This document shows positions 58,273 to 64,000 of a DNA stretch of 64,000 bases, piece after piece (position 1 is the first letter of the stretch; each line of letters opens with the position of its first letter). Below the pieces are notes generated by a model. It was given only the letters and a program-made list of their open reading frames with translations. It did not search any database and was not told the DNA's origin. The translations under genes were made by a program, and so were the position numbers. The DNA lies in the NCBI GenBank assembly GCA_963662315.1, contig OY759353.1, positions 1,664,001-1,728,000 of the forward strand. The letters are read 5' to 3'. The stretch comes from Geopsychrobacteraceae bacterium (GTDB lineage Bacteria; Desulfobacterota; Desulfuromonadia; Desulfuromonadales; Geopsychrobacteraceae).

Positions 58273-58306
58273 AAGAGCTCGACCCAACACAAAACACGAT
58301 AGTTCA

Positions 58307-58342
58307 ATGCTCCCCCATCCCCTCAATGGGGGAGCATATTTT
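58307..58342 (+). terminator. Probable terminator after the lactonase gene
   Basis: ATGCTCCCCCAT...ATGGGGGAGCAT followed by ATTTT. Confidence 0.65.
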
Positions 58343-58857
58343 GAAATTCCCATCACGCTAGGAGCAAAACCGGCAACTGCCATGCCATGAATACGTACTT
58401 TCGGCATAACCCTTTTTACCTATTATCAGCATCTCCTCTACAAACTTGAAGATAGCGATATCCTACAGCCTCCTAGAAACCTACCTAAAAGGTTTCGCCC
58501 AAAATCTTATTTGCACATAAACATAATAAAAATGCGGCACTGAATTCCACTCATCAAAATATATATCCGCCTAGTAAAATATAGTAGAATTTCTCCAAAA
58601 TCAATCTATTGATTTCTTAAAAAAACAACACAACAACAAAAAAGTAATTTACAACGAATTTTCAGTACTATACCTAAACAAAGCCCCAATATAAATACCC
58701 TATTCAATCTATTTCACAAATATGATAGCCATAAAGCCACAGCCATCAATCATACTGTATTTTGTATTGCAAAATCTACTTTCGCCTGATAAAAACATAT
58801 TCACCAACAGCCCTGCTCCCAATAACCCTTCAAGGAGATTTATCAAAAGGAGATCAT

Positions 58858-59808
58858 ATGGACGGCGAAATGACTTGGCCCTCAAATGCCACTATTTGCG
58901 AAGTTGGCCTAAGAGACGGCATCCAAAACGAAACAAAAATACTAAGCGTGGAAGAAAAACTGGAACTACATGACGCAATCATAGACTCAGGAATTAAAAT
59001 TATAGAAATTGGATCTTTCGTTCACCCCAAGGCCGTCCCTCAAATGGCCAATACAGGTGAACTTGCAAAAAAGATGAAAAGAATTCCGGGTGTTGAATAT
59101 CGAACTTTAGTGCCTAACCTAAAGGGCCTTGAACGTGCAAATGATGCCGGTATCACAAAAGCCAAACTAACCGTCAGCGTCAGCGAAACCCATTGCATGG
59201 CAAACTTCAACCAAAGCCCCCTGGAAATGATGGAAGGCTTCAAACCATGCGTTGAATTTGCAAGCAAGCACAATATAGAGATATCAGGTGCGCTATCCTC
59301 GGCATGGGGATGTGCATGGGAAGGGAAAATTGCTATTTCCCAGCTTGAAAAAATAACAAAAGCATTTCTAGATCTGGGAATCACAGAATTGTCACTTTCT
59401 GACGCCACAGGAATGGCAAACCCACGGCAAATCTATGAAATCGGAGGATACCTGAAAAAAAAATTCCCAAAAGTCCAATGGGTTTTGCATCTACACAACA
59501 CACGAGGAATGGCCCTCGCTTGTGTCGTAGCGGCACTTCAAGTTGGGATCAACACATTCGATGGAGCCTTTTCAGGCCTAGGCGGATGCAACTTTATACC
59601 TGGAGCAGCAGGGAACGTATCTACAGAAGATCTCATCCACATGCTTGAAGAGATGGGCGTCTCAACAAACACAGACCTTTTAAAAGTAATAAAAACGGGG
59701 AAACTCGCACAAGACCTCTTGTCCAAAGATTTCGGCAGTTACGTCCTGCAGGCTGGGCGAAACACAGACCTCGTCCAACAAAAAGCGACAAAACAAAACA
59801 ATAATTAA
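58858..59808 (+). CDS. HMG-CoA lyase family (DRE-TIM) enzyme
   Basis: EVGLRDGIQNE, SFVHPKAVPQMA, SETH, LHLHNTRG and GLGGCNF.PGAAGNV.TED; AAGGAG RBS before ATG 58858. Confidence 0.9.
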   Translation: MDGEMTWPSNATICEVGLRDGIQNETKILSVEEKLELHDAIIDSGIKIIEIGSFVHPKAVPQMANTGELAKKMKRIPGVEYRTLVPNLKGLERANDAGITKAKLTVSVSETHCMANFNQSPLEMMEGFKPCVEFASKHNIEISGALSSAWGCAWEGKIAISQLEKITKAFLDLGITELSLSDATGMANPRQIYEIGGYLKKKFPKVQWVLHLHNTRGMALACVVAALQVGINTFDGAFSGLGGCNFIPGAAGNVSTEDLIHMLEEMGVSTNTDLLKVIKTGKLAQDLLSKDFGSYVLQAGRNTDLVQQKATKQNNN

Positions 59809-60135
59809 AATAGCCCCCTCCCAACATCCAAAGGCACTTATAAATCCATTAAGTGCCTTTGCCACACACGCCACAGAACAGTTATTAGCCGTTCAAACCT
59901 TATTCCACCCAGTGAAACTAGTTCCCACTAAAGCAAATCGTTCAATAAAACATCCCGGACACAGCGAAAGAGAAATCAACTTTCATCAGTATTTTCATTA
60001 GCTTTCACCCCATCATAACACTATCCGAACTTTCTTGATTAGCAATTTCACCGTTGCTATACTTCCATTTAATGGTTTTGTATTTTATTCAGTGGAATTT
60101 TACTTTCATATTACGCGCAATTCGGTGGAGGAAAC

Positions 60136-61497
60136 ATGACGCTATCAGAACACTTTGCGGCATACGCCTGCAGCAATATTCTGCAAGGTAATGCCACTAC
60201 CATCACAGAAGTTAAATCTAGAATTCTCGACTACATTACTGTGACAAGTGCAGCAGAAACCTATCTGGACTATGCCTCCCTTATAAAAAAATATGCCCAA
60301 ACGCTTACATCCAAAACAAGTACCTCACCTAGCGAACTCCCAGTAAATATCTCTGGTTTCACCAACGGAGCTCTCGCACATGCTCTTGATTACGACGACG
60401 GTCACCTTTGGGCCGGAGTCCATGCAACCGGTCCTGTCATTGGTGCAGCGTTTGCCTTAATTAACAAACTTAACCCTACCGGATTAAAACTACTTGAGGC
60501 CATAACTGCGGGTTATGAAATTGAATACAGGTTAGCAAAATCACTTGGCAAGAGTCATATCCAAAAAGGGTATCACGGAAGTTGTACATGTGGAGTTTTC
60601 GGTTCCGCGATAGCTGCTGGAATAATTTTAGACCTGACCCAACAACAAATGGTTTATGCCATCGGACTGGCAGGGCTTGCCTGTGCTGGATTTCGTCAAC
60701 CTCTAGCAGAAGGCCAAATGGCAAAACCCATTCAGGTTGGCTATGTAACAGAGCGAGGTATCAATGCAGCACTTCTGGCCAAAGTCGGTATTGAGGGTCC
60801 CGTTCAAATTTTCGAAGGGGGCAGTGGAATCCTTCCCATCCTTTCTGACCGCCCTAAAGAAGAAATAATTTCCGAATGTCTCCACGGGCTTGGAACAACT
60901 CACCTAATCAACGACACATACACAAAATTATATCCCTGCTGTAGATACACCCATTTTGCAATAGAGTCATGCTTTGAAATCCGTAAAAAGATTAAAAACC
61001 TCAATGACATCAGCAATATAGAGGTTAACACCTTTGACATCGCCTATGAGGCGACAGCACCTAATGAAAATCCCCAAAGTGCCGCCCAAGCACGCTTCAG
61101 CATTCACTACTTAGTAGCAGTCGCCTTAATTGAGGGGTTTGTTGGTCTTAAAGATTTCACCTCGGATGCAATAAAGCGGCAGGAAATTGCAGCATTAGGG
61201 AAAAAAGTAACATGCCACTCTACAAAGGAATGGAATGACATCTATCCAGATATTCGCGGGGCAGAAGTCCGAATCACTCTTAAAGACGGCACCGTCTACT
61301 CCCACAAAACATCAAAATTAGCCGGCATGCCCGGAGATCACGAAGCCGCACCTCGAAAGTTCCAAAACACATGCTCGGCCTTCTTTTCAAAAGAACAAAT
61401 GAATCAGATCGAATGCTTTGTCAACACCCTGCATTCACGTCCAGAAACATATGAAATCACAGCACTAATCAGCAACCGAAACGAAATAGAAGAATAA
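60136..61497 (+). CDS. MmgE/PrpD family protein (second, divergent paralog)
   Basis: NGALAHALDYDDGH, HAT, GYE, GYHGS, FEG, KLYPCCRYTH and ARFSI; GGAGG RBS. Confidence 0.92.
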   Translation: MTLSEHFAAYACSNILQGNATTITEVKSRILDYITVTSAAETYLDYASLIKKYAQTLTSKTSTSPSELPVNISGFTNGALAHALDYDDGHLWAGVHATGPVIGAAFALINKLNPTGLKLLEAITAGYEIEYRLAKSLGKSHIQKGYHGSCTCGVFGSAIAAGIILDLTQQQMVYAIGLAGLACAGFRQPLAEGQMAKPIQVGYVTERGINAALLAKVGIEGPVQIFEGGSGILPILSDRPKEEIISECLHGLGTTHLINDTYTKLYPCCRYTHFAIESCFEIRKKIKNLNDISNIEVNTFDIAYEATAPNENPQSAAQARFSIHYLVAVALIEGFVGLKDFTSDAIKRQEIAALGKKVTCHSTKEWNDIYPDIRGAEVRITLKDGTVYSHKTSKLAGMPGDHEAAPRKFQNTCSAFFSKEQMNQIECFVNTLHSRPETYEITALISNRNEIEE

Positions 61498-61525
61498 AAG
61501 CCATTCGGACAGGAAAGGAAACAGC

Positions 61526-63451
61526 ATGAACATTGTACAAAAAATTATTTCTTCCCATATCGAAGAAGGAAAAACACTGCCTAACGTCCCCGGGGAGGAG
61601 GTTGGACTCGTTATTGACCAAACCCTAACCCAAGACACTACTGGAGTCCCGGCGTGCTTATCTTTTGAAGCAATGGGACTTGAAAGAGTCAAAACTCAGG
61701 TTTCTGTCAACTATGCCGACCATAACACCCTGTATGTGGGCTATAGAAATGCAGACGACCACCAATACCTCAGAACAGCTTCACAAAAATACGGCATGGT
61801 CTTTTCACCTGCGGGTACAGGAATTTGCCATCAATTGCACCTTGAAAATTTTGCGAAGCCTGGCTGCACACAGCTCGGAGCCGATAGCCACACTCCAACG
61901 GCTGGAGGCATTGGTGCCCTTGCAATTGGTGCGGGAGGCCTATCTGTCGCTATGGCAATGGGAGGGATGCCCTATTACATATCCATGCCCAAAGTGGTAC
62001 GGGTCACCTTAACTGGAGAACTGACTGGCTGGGCCTCAGCAAAAGACATCATTCTTCACCTATTGAGTGTACTTTCAGTAAAAGGTGGCGTGGGGAAAAT
62101 ATTTGAATATGCAGGGCCAGGGGTAGCGACTCTGACTGTTCCTGAGCGCGCCATCATTACAAATATGGGGGCTGAACTCGGAGCAACGACTTCAATATTT
62201 CCTAGCGATGAAATGACTCGCCAGTACCTCGCCTCAATGGGGCGAGAAGAGGACTATACCCCCCTCAGCGCGGATGAACATGCTATCTACGATGAAGAAA
62301 TTGTCATCAACCTATCATCCCTTGAACCACTCATTGCGACCCCTCATATGCCAGACAAAGTTGTTCGGGTTGCTGATCTTGCGGGATTAAAAGTCGAGCA
62401 AGTTGCAATCGGATCTTGCACTAATTCATCGTATGCGGACCTCAAACTAGTTGCTGAATTATGGCAAAACAACCAGTGTGACCAAAACCTTGATGTTCTC
62501 GTTGCCCCAGGCTCTAAAATGGTGGTCAATTTACTAGCACGAGAAGGGCTTTTAGAACCAATCCTTGTTTCAGGTGCACGACTTCTTGAATGTGCGTGCG
62601 GTCCCTGTGTAGGAGTTGGGGGATCTCCCGTTTCCAAGGGAGTCAGCATCAGAACATTCAACAGAAATTTTGAAGCCCGTAGTGGAACGAAAGACGCCCA
62701 AGTTTACCTCGCAAGTCCTGCTGTGGCAGCAATGGCAGCCATTCACGGCCAAATCACTGATCCCGCAACATGGGGTGATGCTCCCAAAACTGCGCGATTA
62801 CCCGAAAAAGCACCACACACCAGGCATCTTTTCGTGATGCCAGCAAATGATCCCAAAAGTGTAGAGGTCCTATATGGACCTGGGATCAGCAAAATACCAG
62901 TAATGAATGCTCCTGGCGATACCATTGAAGGGCCAATACTGATCCGTGTCGACGACAACATAACGACCGACCACATTCTACCTGGCGGTTCAGATGTCAT
63001 GGCTCTTCGCTCAAATCTTCCTGCAGTATCTGAGCATATTTTCGGACGGATGGACCCCGGGTTTGCTACCCGAGCCAAGGAGGCCGGCTGTGGGGTGATT
63101 GTCGCCGGCGAAAATTACGGCCAAGGATCAGCTCGTGAGCATGCAGCATTATCCCCCCGATATCTTGGAGTCCAAGCTGTTATCGCAAAATCTTTTGCAC
63201 GTATACATCGAGCAAACCTCCTAAATTTTGGGATCTTACCTTTAATCCTTGAAGATCCCTCTGATCATAAAAAATTAGAACAAGCAAAAACCGTAACGAT
63301 TCCGATGACCAGACTTATTCCTGGACAACCTTTGAAAATTTCAGTGCAAGGGGTTGGAGATATTTCTGTCCACAACGACCTATCCGAGAGGGAATACGCC
63401 AGCGTCAAAGCCGGTGGAGAACTCAATCTTGCCGCAAAGAGAAGTTCCTGA
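61526..63451 (+). CDS. Aconitate hydratase, short single-chain type (~640 aa)
   Basis: DQTLTQD.TG, DHN, GICHQ, GADSHT, IGSCTNSS, CGPC.G, RTFNRNF, TTDHI.P and NYGQGSAREHAA. Confidence 0.93.
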   Translation: MNIVQKIISSHIEEGKTLPNVPGEEVGLVIDQTLTQDTTGVPACLSFEAMGLERVKTQVSVNYADHNTLYVGYRNADDHQYLRTASQKYGMVFSPAGTGICHQLHLENFAKPGCTQLGADSHTPTAGGIGALAIGAGGLSVAMAMGGMPYYISMPKVVRVTLTGELTGWASAKDIILHLLSVLSVKGGVGKIFEYAGPGVATLTVPERAIITNMGAELGATTSIFPSDEMTRQYLASMGREEDYTPLSADEHAIYDEEIVINLSSLEPLIATPHMPDKVVRVADLAGLKVEQVAIGSCTNSSYADLKLVAELWQNNQCDQNLDVLVAPGSKMVVNLLAREGLLEPILVSGARLLECACGPCVGVGGSPVSKGVSIRTFNRNFEARSGTKDAQVYLASPAVAAMAAIHGQITDPATWGDAPKTARLPEKAPHTRHLFVMPANDPKSVEVLYGPGISKIPVMNAPGDTIEGPILIRVDDNITTDHILPGGSDVMALRSNLPAVSEHIFGRMDPGFATRAKEAGCGVIVAGENYGQGSAREHAALSPRYLGVQAVIAKSFARIHRANLLNFGILPLILEDPSDHKKLEQAKTVTIPMTRLIPGQPLKISVQGVGDISVHNDLSEREYASVKAGGELNLAAKRSS

Positions 63452-63497
63452 GAGCAGCGTTTGCCCAAAGCTAGCTACACAGGACCTGCACCTCACA

Positions 63498-63523
63498 TGT
63501 AGCCCCTTTTTACAGGGGCTACA
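63498..63523 (+). other. Intercistronic hairpin
   Basis: TGTAGCCCCT-ttttac-AGGGGCTACA between the aconitase and prpF genes. Confidence 0.5.
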
Positions 63524-63565
63524 GAAGAAATAAATAAACTTCATAAACGCAAGGAGAGACAATTT

Positions 63566-64000
63566 ATGTCACAAGTAAATGGCTTCAACATGAAAGGTAT
63601 CAGCACCAAAATCATTCGAGGCGGTTCGTCAAAAGGAATACACTTAGACATTAGAGACCTTCCCCCAGAAGGTCCTGAAAGAGATGATGCTATTCTAAAA
63701 GTATTTGGTTCTCCAGACATGCGCCAAATTGATGGCCTTGGTGGTGCAGACAAACTGACCAGCAAACTTTCCGTAATGGGCCCTCCAACTAGAGAAGATT
63801 GCGACATAGATTATTTATTTGGACAAGTCAATATTGCAATGCCAAAAATTGACTGGAAATCCAATTGCGGAAACATTTCTTCCGGCGCCGCTCTCTATGC
63901 TGCTTTGGAAGGTAAAGGACAAAGAAAAGGGGACATGATGGAAATCTATGTCCACCAAGCGAATACCGGTCGTAGACTCAGGACACTTGTTCCCATGAAA
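63566..64000 (+). CDS. prpF: PrpF/FldA family isomerase (partial, runs off the window; absent from the ORF track)
   Basis: AAGGAG RBS; MSQVNGFNMKGISTKIIRGGSSKG...FGSPD.RQIDGLGGA..LTSK...DIDYLFGQV...NCGNIS. Confidence 0.9.
   Translation, partial: MSQVNGFNMKGISTKIIRGGSSKGIHLDIRDLPPEGPERDDAILKVFGSPDMRQIDGLGGADKLTSKLSVMGPPTREDCDIDYLFGQVNIAMPKIDWKSNCGNISSGAALYAALEGKGQRKGDMMEIYVHQANTGRRLRTLVPMK

Noticed and set aside
1..64000. CRISPR array, rRNA, prophage, integrase or defence system
   Set aside because: No repeat-spacer periodicity and no matching genes were seen.

Overview
This bacterial chromosomal window looks like Desulfobacterota (Desulfuromonadales-like); that is inferred from gene content and protein style, not from a search. 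Positions 1 to ~47.9 kb are mostly core or semi-core genes: ktrBA, a tctCBA transporter, a NudC/Nudix/HAD cluster, elbB, an unannotated rubredoxin, lipA-sucAB-lpdA, an M23 peptidase, a BMP-type purine ABC transporter with xpt, an ArsR/SO_0444 metal module, a rhomboid, a hybrid histidine kinase, slyD, GntR-prpB-TSUP and ppgK, ending in tRNA-Asp and tRNA-Val. After tRNA-Val lies a visibly AT-richer accessory region that runs off the window. It holds an IS3 remnant, two apparently identical 1698-bp IS1380-family elements (each with its own 5-bp TSD), and a carboxylate-catabolism cluster: two MmgE/PrpD genes, TesB, a nitroreductase, LysR, an exported lactonase, an HMG-CoA-lyase-like gene, an aconitase and PrpF. 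The main findings are: (1) an exported rhodanese whose UGA falls in a C-T-U active-site motif and is followed by a SECIS-like hairpin, probably a missed selenoprotein (40364-40792); (2) a two-gene unit, DUF4388/PATAN-roadblock plus roadblock-TM-PstS-like-OmpA, that looks like an uncharacterised trans-envelope signalling module; (3) the island's unassigned tricarboxylate or branched-acid pathway. Several deletion pseudogenes and candidate regulatory elements are also noted. All family calls come from motif recognition by eye; no searches were run.
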